Positions 1 through 12,520 are shown, numbered from the stretch's first letter. The stretch: 64,000 nucleotides of DNA from Octopus vulgaris (GCA_951406725.2 OX597831.1:31062001-31126000); one strand, 5' to 3'. Translations and numbers: made by a program. The notes: generated from the sequence alone by a model not told the origin.

Positions 1-1095
1 ATTGATTTGCAGTTGTCAGTGATACTGCCTGATATTGTTGTCTGTAGATGAAATATCTCTATCCATCTCGAATAGTAGTCAATGACAAATAGATATCTGA
101 GTCCTTTCAATTCGAACAAGTCCATCCTTACCTTCTGCTATGGATATTCATGTAATTTGGTAGATCGTAGTGGTTCTGATGAATATCTTTTTTCCTTCTC
201 ACAGATACTACACCCACCTATCTTTTCAGCAATTTGCTTGGAAAGGCCTGGTCACCAAACATTGTCCCGCACCAGTGCTCGGCATTTGACGTTACCTTGT
301 TGTTCGTGTAGACGATCCAAGATGTCATTTTGGAGGCCTGCGGGCATGATGAGTCGGCTCTGATACAATAAGCGTCCCTGACAAACTGTTAGGTACTGCC
401 GTACAAACCAGTGGGGTATTAGTTCACCTACCATTACGGGAACTCTCTAGTTTAATAGAACATATTCAGGTCTCTAATAGTAAGAGGCCATTACTGCATA
501 TGCTTTGCTAATAAACGAGATATCTTATCTCATGCTGAATTCTCTTTCTATTTAACCAATATCATCAACCTTCATTAGTTCAGGATCTTGTGTGGCTGCT
601 TCAGGCCAGTGGCCCATCTTGTAGAAGTTGATAACTTGACTACAGATTTTATCAGTGCTTTTAGAAATCCCAGAAATTCTTCGACATGAATTGAGGACCA
701 TTATCGGAAATGACAACCTCTGGTATACTTATATCAAACGAATATTGATTTCCTCCAGTCGTTTGTCACTCACGGAGATGTTCTCTATGATAGAACGGCC
801 GAACAGTCTGTCTCTGCCTCCTGCTGGAACTCTTTATTTCGTTGGTACGCTGCCAGGAGCCCTGGATAGGGTGTCTGCTGTAATGAGGTTTCTCCCTGCG
901 GTGTGTGTGATCTCGTAGGGGAATCTCATTAGGCGCACTCGGAAAGGCTGGATTCTTGGAGTCAACCCATCGAGACGTTTAGTCTTTAGTGGTAGTAGAG
1001 GCTTGTGATCTGTTCCTATCAAGAACTTTGGTAGTCCTATCAAAAAGTCAGCAAACTTCTCACAACACCATATGACTGCTAATGCTTCCTTGTGC
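1..1095 (-). mobile_element. Ty3/Gypsy LTR-retrotransposon pol relic (RNase H, integrase Zn-binding and start of integrase core), frameshifted
   Basis: Minus-strand peptides KEALAVIWCCEKF..TDHKPL..RLMRFPYEITHTAGRNLITADTLSRAP (RNase H), LIMPAGLQNDILDRLH..G..KC...VW (integrase N-term) and MDLFELKGLRYLFVIDYYSRWIE (integrase core); order RH then INT is Gypsy-like; stops and frameshifts present. Confidence 0.9.
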
Positions 1096-1530
1096 CTAGA
1101 GTAGAAAAGAATATTTGTAACATATGCTGTGTTTGTCCAAGGACGGACTTGTTAGTCATATGAGATATCATGACGGCATTTTCTAATTGAAGAGATTCCT
1201 TCGGTAAAATAACGATCAGTATGCTTGTGCGCATATACTGTACACACACGCACACACGCACACACACCCATACATAGACACACACATGGATTGGAAGCAA
1301 ATAACTTTGTACACACACAGATGAACAAATATACATGTACATAGCATCACCTCACGACACCACAGACATTGCTTACGTTGTACAAGCTGCATCATAATGA
1401 TTAGACATTCTGTGCAATATCTAAACATCGTGGAACATAATTACATTAATGTTAACATTTTTAACAATTAATTAGTATACTATATCTGATTCTCAAATAA
1501 GGAAAAAAACAACACAATATTATTTTAATT

Positions 1531-1750
1531 AAGGTGGTGAGCTGGTAAATCTGTCAGTACGTTGGGCAAAATGCTTAGCGGCATTTCGTCTGCCTTTACG
1601 TTCTAAGTTCAAATTCCGCCATGGTCGACTTTGCCTTTCATCCTTTCCGGGTCGATACAATAAGTATCAATTAAACATTGAGGTCGATGTACTCGACTAA
1701 AACCTCTCTCAAAATTGCTGGCTTTATGCCAAAATGTGAAACTAATATTT
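1531..1750 (+). mobile_element. SINE family A (tRNA-like head AAGGCGGCGAGCTGGC, central CTTTCATCCTTTCGGGGTCGATAAA domain), diverged copy
   Basis: Aligns by eye to the better copies at 34567-34782 and 39261-39679. Confidence 0.8.
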
Positions 1751-1900
1751 CTATTAATTAGACATACATGAAAGATAGCTGCGAAAATATTTTACTATCA
1801 TGTTGATCTATTCATCAAAACATGCTTCACTGATCCTGCTTTGGTATGCGATCTGCCCTTTATCCGTAGTCTACGCTATTAAATGTCCTGATCTGGCTTG

Positions 1901-2196
1901 AGGTTAGAGTTAGTGTTTAGGGTTAGGTTTAGGGTTTAGTACTAAGTTTAGGGTTCGAGTTAGCGATTAGGGTTATGGTTAGGCTAGAATTTAGAGGTAG
2001 GGTTAGAATTAGGGTTTAGGGTCAGGGTTACGCTTACGGTTAGGACTTAAGGTTAAGGCTAGATATAGATTTAGAGTTTAGGATTAGGGCTAAGATTAGT
2101 GTTTAAGGTTAGTTTGAGATTAGGGATTAGGGTTAGATTTAGACTAAATATTAGGGATTAGGATTAGAATAGAATTAGAGTTTGGTTTAGGGTTAG
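1901..2196 (+). repeat. Degenerate interstitial telomere-like (TTAGGG)n array
   Basis: About 300 bp of TTAGGG, TTTAGGG, TTAGAG, ATTAGGG variants. Confidence 0.85.
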
Positions 2197-2767
2197 ACAG
2201 CAAGCTAAACTGTAAATGACCGGGTGGGCCGCACGCTAAAGTGGTATCTATTATTATACAATTGTAGGATTCCATTATGTTATGGCTTTCTTAGTTTAGC
2301 CACAACTAGGACAGTTTGTACTTTTCATGATTACCAGTTCGATAAAATAAGTTCCCTTGAAACAATAGCGAGATGTTAATCGATTGCGCTCCTCACCGAC
2401 CACTAAAATCTGTAATAGCGTTATGTGTGCGTGTGTTAAAAATCATTATTATCTAATTGCATCGCAGGGAAACGTGTCTTGAGGCAACTTTTGTTTGACT
2501 TCTCCTTAATTTTATTGCTTTTCTTGTATGTGTCTGCGTGTGTCTGTGACTGTGTGAATGTATATGTGTGTGACTGTGTGCTGTGTGTGCGTGCGTGCGT
2601 GCTTAAATTTTATTGTTACTATATCTCGGAAAAGGATAGCTTAATTGTTATTTATCTTTGAGATTTATTGAAAAGAGATTTTCTGAATTGTTAATTATGT
2701 CTGCCTTCACGGTAGGGATTTAATTTCGATGTAATTACGGGCTTGGACAATGGACGACGATTGTCAT

Positions 2768-3035
<268 letters not shown>

Positions 3036-3289
3036 AACATGTGCACCCATGTGTTGAGAGGAAAGAAAATATGAATCATTGAAGCGTTGAGAGTAATTGT
3101 CTGAATAGCAGCAAGAATTCCTAACATTAGCGACAGTACACCCATCACCATCACTACCACCGCCACCGCCGCCGCCGTCGCCGCCGCAATCAATACCAAG
3201 GACACCCGCAACTTCAACAGTTACAGAAATAATAATAGACTGTAATACAACAAAATCGATGTCACCGCTGCTGCTGCTGCTGCTGCTGG

Positions 3290-3321
<32 letters not shown>

Positions 3322-3324
3322 GTC

Positions 3325-3512
3325 CTGTATACGAGGTATGAAATTTGTGGAGAGAGTGTAAGTGGATTACATCGACCCCAGTGCTCAACTGGTACTTATT
3401 TTAAGGACCCCAAAAGGATGAATGGCAAAGTTGACCTCGGTGCAATTTGAATTCAGAAAGTGAAACCGGAAGAAATGTCGCAAAGCATTTTATCCAACAA
3501 TTCTGCCAGCAG

Positions 3513-3555
<43 letters not shown>

Positions 3556-3770
3556 TGATGGTTTCGAATTTTTCCAAAAGGGCAGCAATTTTGGAGGAGG
3601 AGATGAGTCGATTGCATCGACCCCAGGATTCAACTGGTAACTTATTCTATCGACCCTGAAAGGATGAAAAGCAAGTCGACCTCGGGGGAATTTGAACTCA
3701 GAACGTGAAGACGGACGAAATGCCGCTAAACATTGTGCCTGGCGTGCTAACGATTCTGCCGGCTCCCCGT
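3325..3770 (-). mobile_element. Two SINE A copies (about 3325-3510 and 3558-3770) separated and followed by (AAT)n
   Basis: Reverse-complement of family A body (ACATCGACCCCAG..AAAGTCGACCTCGG..ATTTGAACTCAGAACG..TTCTGCC). Confidence 0.8.
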
Positions 3771-3774
3771 CATG

Positions 3775-3846
<72 letters not shown>

Positions 3847-4099
3847 GTTTCTGTATTAACCACGAAGGGAGACAAAAGCTCGAGAACTGCACAGAACTGC
3901 ACGATACAGTGTGGAATTACCGAAAGGACGTGTAAACAACAAGAATACGATAAACATGAACAAATTACAAAACGATGAAAAAAAAAATTGTTTTTTTTTT
4001 TTGTTTTTGCTTACAGTAAAATAGAGTGTCTAAGATAATAGAAGAAGGAAAAGAAGAGCTAATCTGACTTGCCTGAGATCGATACAAATATAAAAAGAA

Positions 4100-4195
4100 A
4101 ACTACGACTTAAAGGAGGCTGAAACAGAGGCACAGAACGGAGAAAGTGGGAAGTGCATGTGGAGGCCTTTTGTGTCAAATCACATTGAAGACTGT
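4100..4195 (+). mobile_element. Possible RTE-clade LINE extreme 3' fragment
   Basis: AETEAQN..W...VEAFCVKSH resembles the RTE ORF2 C-terminus (AQDR..W...V.ALC); very short and frameshifted. Confidence 0.35.
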
Positions 4196-4289
4196 TATAG
4201 TAACAATAAGATATCAGTTAACAAAGTCACGGGAAAGGTCATCTTAGAGATCCTTTACCATTGTAAAACATGAGAGCAATAAGAATATT

Positions 4290-4560
4290 CGAAGATATAT
4301 AGGGAGAGTTAACAAAGAAACAAAAGTCGAAGACAGGTGGTGTAGACAACAAACAGATGTATTAGGTTAACGCTCTGGAAGTGAAAAAGTCTTTAACGTT
4401 TCGAGCGCACGCTCTTCCACAGAAAGGAACACAGAAAGAAATAAGGAGAGAAAATAAAGAATGTGTAGTGGCTAGCGATCTATCATGGCGAATGCTAGAC
4501 AGAAGGGTCACACAGGGGTGCTAGGGAGAAGGGGAGATAATAAAGTAGTGGTGATCCCAA
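4290..4560 (-). mobile_element. Penelope-like terminal repeat fragment with variant minimal hammerhead motif at 4391-4426
   Basis: Minus strand reads CUUU CUGUGGA A GAGC GUGC GCUC GAAA CG UU AAAG, same layout as 17955-17989 but core CUGUGGA instead of CUGANGA. Confidence 0.55.
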
Positions 4561-5053
4561 AACGAAGATATATATTTTCTTAGCCTTTCATCAACTATTA
4601 GGCGGGGCTTATAAAAGGACAGATGTAAAGACCGGTCTGATAAAAAAGGAAACATATACTTTGAGTTAATTGAGACGACTGCTGACAAGGATCCATGCTC
4701 AGGTGTTACCCACATTGCTCGGCCTTTTTATTACTGTGGCGACGTGCATCTATTGAGAAACTTTTTCTACCTCCTCCGAGAAACTGTGGCATCCCATATA
4801 GGAAAATGTAGCTGAAATAGGAGTCCCGAAAGATCTTTTTATCCCCTTGCTAACAGTTGATTCGGAATAAATGCAGCAAAAGTCAAGAGGTGGTGTTAAA
4901 CTGAGAAATGTATTGCATCTAAAATTCATTAAAAAAAAACCCAGTTGCACTGAATTTTATCATGTCCACTAGAATTCAGAACATTGTATTTACTAGACTA
5001 CTTGCTAACTTCGCCAAGTATTGTTAGTAGTTGAGAGAAGCTAGACATGTTAG

Positions 5054-6331
5054 GCGAAGTACCCCCAGAACTAGAAGAGGCATGGCTCATGACAGCCATA
5101 ATGTTCAATATGAAAGATGGGCCAAAATATTAAAGGCCACAAGAACCAACAAGCTCTACTACTGGGGATATGGGATAGAGCTCCCTATCCAGGCAACAGT
5201 GGACGACTTAAATAGGATTGCGGGGGAGATAGTGCTGCCTGACGGATTTGCATTGAGAATGAAGGTAGATGGAAGGCTGCCTGTATGTTTTGGATGTGGT
5301 GAGAAGGGCCACATGAAGGCATGAGAAAAAGCAGCAAGCAGAGCAGGTGGAGAGCGGGGTCCAGGTAGAACAGGTCGAGACAAAGGAAACAGATGATGAT
5401 TCTACTGTCGTAAAAAAAAGGAGAGTAGGAGGAGCGGAGGGATAGGTTCTCCGCCAGAGAAAGAGAAAAAGAAGAGAGAAGATATGAGAAAAGAAACCGT
5501 GAAGGAGGTCAGCAGAAAGGAAGACAAAAGGCCGACAGAGAAAGAAAAAATATCAGTTGCTCCGGTAGAAAAGGATTCGGAAATTCAGCTGGCCGAAGAA
5601 GAATTGGAGAGACTGTTTAGCGCGGAGGAGGAAAAGAGAGAACAGAAAAGCCAAAATAAAGGAAAGAAAATAAAAGGAAATGGTATATGGTATTACGTAA
5701 CCTACCCGAAGAATATAAAAACAGAAAAGAAAATACTCAAGTTCAACCAAATTGTAAGAGTAAAGGTACCAGCATACATATATGCAGAGGATATGAAGGC
5801 GATAGTGATTGAAGAGAAGAGATATAAGAGACTGCAAGAAATGTGTAGAGATAATGTTGACCCACCAGGAGTAAGGGTGGAATTCAAAGAATTGCCACCA
5901 GTAGTGGATTTAGTAGAAATTGAACCACTAATGAAATATTACTAAAAAGTAAATAAATATGTCAAATCAACAGGAAAAAAAGAAAAGAAAAAAGAAAAAG
6001 GAGGGAAAAAAGGAAAAGGAAAGAGTAAGTGTTTTATGTTGTGTTTAATGATATCGGAAAATAGAAGAACAATTTTTGAGAACATATAAATGGTTCAAAT
6101 AATTGTAATGGTAGACGATAATTAATCGTTATGTAAATACATGATAAAAACGGATAGTTTAAAAAGATTAATGGTAATGCATGTGATGAGGGGCGTATGC
6201 AGCCATTCATAACTCCATTATTGTATAATCATCTCATCATATTCGTTCTATGTATTGTCCCCTCTGTGCTGTCCTGTCTGTCCTTGTTTGTCTCCCTCTA
6301 TGTTTGGGCCCTTGTGGCTAATAAAGAAACC
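5054..6331 (+). mobile_element. ORF1-only (gag-like Zn knuckle) non-LTR retroelement, Tx1/L1-like, internally deleted, with 21-bp TSD
   Basis: CFGCGEKGHMKA* = CX2CX4HX4C with the last Cys mutated to stop; Lys/Glu-rich ORF 5484-5945; ends TAATAAAGAAAC; flanked by GAGAGAAG(C/T)TAGACATGTTAG at 5033-5053 and 6332-6352. Confidence 0.75.
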
Positions 6332-6505
6332 GAGAGAAGTTAGACATGTTAGCTTCTCTGCAGCTGTCGAAGATACATCATCTGTTGGTTAGTTTTGTTG
6401 GTTAGTTATTATGGACAGGGTGATATATAGGTGAAGATTGACTGAGGGAGATAGAAACGATGCAAGAGGTTAGCGAACTAATCATTTGTATCCGCGTTGG
6501 GTGGT

Positions 6506-6897
6506 TACTCTTTTATTCTTTTACTTGTTTCAGTCATTTGACTGCGGCCATGCTGGAGCACCGCCTTTAGTCGAGCAAATCGGCCCCGGGACTTATTCTT
6601 TGTAAGCCCAGTACTTATTCTATCGGTCTCTTTTGCCGAACCACTAAGTGACGGGGACGTAAACACACCAGCATCGGTTGTCAAGCAATGCTAGGGGGAC
6701 AAACACAGACACACAAACACATACATATATATATATATACGACAGGCTTCTTTCAGTTTCCGTCTACCAAATCCACTCACAAGGCATTGGTCGGCCCGGG
6801 GCTAAGGCAGAAGACACTTGCCCAAGATGCCACGCAGTGGGACTGAACCCGGAACCATGTGGTTGTTTAGCAAGCTACTTACCACACAGCCACTCCT
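6506..6897 (-). mobile_element. SINE family B (tRNA-like head GGCGCAGGAGTGGCTGTGTGGTAAG, CORE-like CCTTGGGCAAGTGTCTT, internal (TA/CA)n, (AAGAGTA) tail), near full length
   Basis: Near-identical to 11232-11640, 27135-27527, 37327-37769, 43850-44252, 60300-60760, 62857-63300. Confidence 0.9.
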
Positions 6898-7204
6898 CCC
6901 CATTTTCAAATCGAAAGACAGTTATGGTTAAATAACAATAAAATATCATTAAATTTTGTAGACTAATTACGAGTGGCTAAAAACACATAACAAATAATAA
7001 ATGACTTAATATGTAACAGAGTTCATGATTTAAGATCAAAAGCGAAACACGGTTATGGTACATTGAATGCCACAATATATATAAATATATGTATATAAAG
7101 AGAGAGAGAGAGAAAAAATAAGTAGTGAAATGGAGGGAGGGCATTAAGGTATGAAAAGAAGAGTAGAATCTATAAAATATTAATAGAAATGAACAAAATA
7201 TTAA

Positions 7205-7410
7205 TTTGAAATTTTGGCACAAGGACAGCATTTTCGGGAGAGTGAGTAAGTCGATCTCAGTATTGAACTCGTACTTATTCTATCGACTCCGAAAGCATGA
7301 AAGGTAAAGTCGACCTCGGCGAAATTTGAACACGGAATGTAACTATAGACGAAATGCCGCTTAGCGTTTTGCCCGGCGTGCCAACAATTCTGCCAGGTAC
7401 CCGCCTTAAG
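7205..7410 (-). mobile_element. SINE A
   Basis: Family A body and head (..TTCTGCCAGGTACCCGCCTT). Confidence 0.8.
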
Positions 7411-7764
7411 CAAGATATCAATATTGACTTGTAACACAGATTTAAGACCATACAATTTGGAGGGTTATTTTGTAGACCAAATCTATCCAGGAATCGGCTG
7501 GTGTATTACTGCATATCAACCGCCATTAAAGATGAGCAACAAATTTGACCCCGGTTCGATTTGAACGCAAGGTAGATATTGGCATTATGATCACATTAAT
7601 ATTTAGGTCAAGCATTTTTGAGAAGATATTGCTGATAAAATTGATACAGTATATTATTCTATTGATCCTCGTAAGTTTCAGTGGCAAAGTTTAACCTAAT
7701 GGGATTAAAGACTACAGTAGATGTTCATAATTAAGTGGATTAAATGAAAGAGAAAGAAGAAACA

Positions 7765-7821
<57 letters not shown>

Positions 7822-7842
7822 GGGTGTATTCTTTAATTTCTC

Positions 7843-8570
7843 TCTTTTTCTTTTACTTCTTTCAGTCATTTGACTGCAGCCATACTGGAGCACCACCTTA
7901 AAGGGTTTTTAGTCAAAAATAGAAAAATCGACCTCAGGACTTATTCTTTGTAAACCTAGTACTTATCCTATCAGTTTTTTTTTTTACCGAACCGCTAATT
8001 TACGGGGACATAAGCACACCGGTATCGGTTGATAAGCGATGGAGGGGTGGGGACAAACATACACACACCGTCAATGTATATATATATATATATATAATTA
8101 GTGTTAAGCAACAGGCTTATCCAAGTGAGTGGTGTTTATCAACACCATTCATTTGGATAGAAACGAAGACGAACTGAATACCTCGCTTTTGAATATAGAG
8201 AAATAGTGTAAGAACTATTTGGTGATCTGCTACGGCCAAGGACACGTGAAACTAAATTTTAATTGCAAATTAAAAGCAGTAATAGAAACGTGAACATTAT
8301 CGATCACACTTACACAACGCATGTGTTTCATTTATTCACCGTATTTGCTGCGGTATAGCGTTTAGGGAAAACTCCCTAATAACGGTAGGTGTTATGAATG
8401 TATATTATTTGTGGGTTAAACAGACTACCATTGGGTTCGTGTTAAGCGAAGTATATCTCTAAACAATTTTTGATCTCATTGCATGAGAAGTTGGTGCTCG
8501 TCTCCATGTTGATGAGCGCTCATCTTCACTATTTGATTTTATCGTATACACATACATATATGTATATGTA

Positions 8571-8663
<93 letters not shown>

Positions 8664-8769
8664 CTATGTATGTATATATATACAAATATATACACACATA
8701 TAAATATACATATGTGTGTGCATGTCTATATATAAGTATACATATATATGTATATATATATATGTGTGC

Positions 8770-8812
<43 letters not shown>

Positions 8813-8995
8813 AAATATTGAGTTTCTAAATCTCTCGTAGAGAGGTGTACGGTGGTGGAGCGATATAATGGTTGTATACTGTCAATCTAACAAGAACGTG
8901 ACAGTAGGGGGTACACCACCGTTATATAGCCCTAGGGCTATATAACGGTGGTGTACCCCCTACTGTCACGTTCTTGTTAGATTGACAGTATACAA

Positions 8996-9043
<48 letters not shown>

Positions 9044-9200
9044 CCATATATATAGATACGCACACACATATGTAAGCTGTGGTATCATTCAGTAATATAC
9101 ATATCTACCAAATTCAATCGTGAAGCTTTGGTAGACCCAGGGCTACAATAGAAGGAATTCACCCAAGATGCCTCTATGTGTGTGTGTGTGTGTGGGACTG
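7843..9200 (-). mobile_element. SINE B split by about 1 kb of inserts in its internal microsatellite (3' half 7843-8070, degenerate 5' half about 9070-9200)
   Basis: Both halves in correct order and orientation around TA/CA tracts and unique inserts. Confidence 0.65.
8868..8999. repeat. Perfect 132-bp palindrome with no spacer, centred on CCCTAGGG
   Basis: 66-bp arms pair base for base; (TA)n tracts at about 8775-8810 and from 9000. Confidence 0.95.
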
Positions 9201-9399
9201 TCAATCCGCGTATGTATGTATTTCCTTTACAGATATAACCATGGTAAACATAAATATGAATTTGTGGTTATTTCTTGTTCCATGTCGGTTTTATGCCGAT
9301 ACTTCAAATAAACTAATACCAATGTTCCTGGCTTATCACAAAGGCATATTTCATTGAATCTATGAAAGCTTCGAGATTAGGTGATATCTCAAAATAATT

Positions 9400-11150
9400 G
9401 ATGTTGACTTGGCAAATAAAGACTTAAAGATTTCTCTTATTTTAAAGCACACCGGAGCCAATATTCCAAATAGCCGACGTTTATAAGCGCGTATGTTTTC
9501 ATCTGTTTCATTGCGAGAAAGAAAAACACAATCGGATACACATTTCTGACAAAATATCGGCAGTGATTGTGAAATCCATAAATCTACCCACTATTGGAAA
9601 AGAACTGATCCTAACAGATGTCGATGAGGTTTTACAAATCGTATTGTGCAAGCCAGTGAGTGACATAATCGATAATTGAACAACAGCACAGTACATTGTA
9701 TGAATTGAAAAAAATGTTCGAGGACAGTGGAATACATAATGTCGCAAGTTATTGGGGTCCGCTCGTTTTCATAGGAAGAATTAAATTTACCAGGATGTGA
9801 AACCTTATTGCTAGCTTACGTTTGGTTTATATAAGGAGAGCATATAACACAAGCGTTAGTACCTGCCGGGTATTTTGGTAATAGATGCGGAAGCAGAGTT
9901 ATTATTTCGCATTGTGAGAGAGTCTTTTAAGGAAAAGAGAACAAAAGATTCCTTTAATAAATGTAATGACAGCGGAAAATGTTGGTACTCTGTCGATTTT
10001 GCACTGCAACCGTAGAATCGTTGCGTGCGTACACACACACACATCAGTGTATAGCATGAATTTGAAACCAGTACTGTAGATTACAGAACTGGTTTCAAAT
10101 TTTGACACAAGGCTAGCAATGTCGGGCGAAGGGATAGATCGATTAAATAGACTCCAGTTCTCAACTGTTATTTGTTTTATCGACTCCGAAAAACAAAAAC
10201 AAAAAAAAAACAAATGAAAGGTAAAGTCGACCATAGAGGAATATGAAATCAGAACGTAGCGACAGACGAAATGTCGCTAACGATTCTACCAGATCGCCGC
10301 CTGATAGACCCACTGCAATATGTTACAAAAATAAAAACTTAAAGATTGTCTACATCACAATTAACAAAATCAAAAATAATTTTATCCATGACAGAATATT
10401 ATACTGTTTAGACAGTTGCAAAACAATGAAGAATTTAATCATATAATATTATACACTGACATTAGCTGGTTGTCGAAGAGCACCTGTCTAAATCGCTTTT
10501 ATTGTCTTTCTGAGAAAGCTTTTGAATTCTTTGAAATCAAAAGCACAGTTCTTCCCCCAAACAACATAAATAGTCAAAAAATAACTCACGTCACATTTAT
10601 ATTTCAAGATGAATGGCAGTTGCATGGAGATAACATATAATTCAAACAAAAGCAGTTACATGTTCATATATTTCAAATGTTATTCTCAAATGTTCAAACG
10701 CATCTTTGAGTTAAAACGAAGAGAATTTTACTAGTTTCCGAGGTTTTCTTGTTCGAAGAAAAAGTCAGAAATATATTGCTATGTTCAGGTCTTGTGCTTT
10801 TATTGTTAAGTGTTACATAAGTACTTCTTCGAGGTCTTCAAAAGTATTCTTGATATTTTAGGTCTTAAACACATTTTCAAGTATTAAAAAAATATAAATG
10901 CAATTACTAGATTTAATTGAATTAGAAATCAGCGAAGAACTGAAGATCGGATTTAAGAACCGAATTACAAATGTTAGAAATAGCATTAACGGTGATTTTG
11001 AATAAGTTTCTAATCGCATGTTTCATCTTCATATTTGGATGGATGTGGATTTAGTAATCTTATGGAGTTTTGAGACAAATAAGAGAGACTTACTGCGAAT
11101 ACACAAATGAGGAGATATCAGTATACTATTTACAACCTAGGAAACTGGTA
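9400..11150 (+). pseudogene. hAT (Charlie/ZBED5-like) transposase relic, heavily decayed, interrupted by SINE A at about 10090-10305
   Basis: PTIGKELIL..EVL..VL.KP.SDI, TLLLAYVWFI, NEEFNHIILYTDISWLSKSTCLNRFYCL (cf. LLLHTEVRWLSKG..L.RF) and FSSSYLDGCGFS (cf. FPSSYL.ERGFS dimerisation region). Confidence 0.7.
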
Positions 11151-11231
11151 AATTTCTCTTCGCCTTAACTCAAAGATGCGTTTGAACATTAGATGTGAAA
11201 AACTGTGTCTCTTCACATCAGACACTTTGGG

Positions 11232-11640
11232 TACTCTTTACTCTTTTACTCTTTTACTCTTTTCAGTCATTTGACTGCGGCCATGCTGGAGCACCGCCTT
11301 TAATCGAGCAACTCGACCCCGGGACTTATTCTTTTGTAAGCCCAGTACTTATTCTATCGGTCTGTTTTGCCGAACCGCTAAGTAACGGGGACATAAACAC
11401 ACCAGCATCGGTTGTCAAGCAATGCTAGGGGGACAAACACACTCACACAAACACACACACGCATATATATATATACATATATACGACAGGCTTCTTTCAG
11501 TTTCCGTCTACCAAATCCACTCACAAGGCTTTGGTCGGCCCGAGGCTATAGTAGAAGACACCTGCCCAAGGTGCCACGCAGTGGGACTGAACCCGGAACT
11601 ATGTGGTTGGTAAACAAGCTACTTACCACACAGCCACTCA
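11232..11640 (-). mobile_element. SINE B, near full length (a degenerate 3' half follows at 11690-11885)
   Basis: Family B sequence. Confidence 0.9.
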
Positions 11641-11951
11641 AGATTTTACAAGTAGATCCTTTAGTACAGCTAAATGTATATATTTTATTATTCACTTCTT
11701 TTTCAGTCATTCATCAGCCATGCTAAGGCAATGCCTTGAAGGGTTTTTGTCAAACAAATCATCTCAGGACTTATGTTTTAAGTCTAGTTTTTATATCTCT
11801 CTTGATAAACCCCAAGGTTAAGGGAACGTAAACAAGGCAACCCCAGTTGTCAAGATGTTTGGGGGTAAACACAAACACAAAGACCTACATGCATATGTCA
11901 TGTGAAAAGTAGCCTGCAGTGATATGTGCATGCGTACGTGCGTGTGTGTGA

Positions 11952-12052
11952 GGCTGATATACCCTCCAGCCTTCATCAGGTGTCTTGAGGAAATTTCGAA
12001 CCTATGTTCTCATTCCTATGGTATTTTTTGATGTTGTTGTTGTTGTTGTTAC

Positions 12053-12091
<39 letters not shown>

Positions 12092-12177
12092 GGCTACTGC
12101 TTCGAATCTAACTCGGAATCTTGGGGTTTGTAGCCCGTGCTCTTAACCACTACGCCATACGCCACGCCTTATGCCCG
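11952..12177 (-). mobile_element. tRNA-headed element: tRNA-like head (12092-12163) + (AAT)n/(AAC)n + hammerhead-containing module truncated just before GAAA
   Basis: Head TGGCGTAGTGGTTAAGAGC (A box) and GAGTTAGATTC (B-box-like); downstream GAAATTTCCTCAAGACACCTGATGAAGGCTGGAGGGTATATCAGCC is identical to 47004-47049. Confidence 0.7.
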
Positions 12178-12178
12178 T

Positions 12179-12232
<54 letters not shown>

Positions 12233-12295
12233 TAAAGGAACAGCAAATTGTATATAAATACCCATATATATCTGTGTGTGTGCGTGAGTGTATGC

Positions 12296-12334
<39 letters not shown>

Positions 12335-12354
12335 ATATACGTATAATATACACG

Positions 12355-12399
<45 letters not shown>

Positions 12400-12460
12400 G
12401 CACATATATGTATATCCATATACGAATAATATATATAGATAGATAAATAGATAGATAGAC

Positions 12461-12493
<33 letters not shown>

Positions 12494-12520
12494 TGCAGGC
12501 AGAAAGATAGACAGACAGTC

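Noticed and set aside
1116-1437. TGT...ACA bounded segment beside the Gypsy relic as an LTR
   Set aside because: No second LTR, PBS, PPT or matching TSD visible.
12092-12163. Functional tRNA genes here and at SINE B, C, D heads
   Set aside because: Poor acceptor and T stems, no terminator, embedded in repeats; treated as SINE heads.
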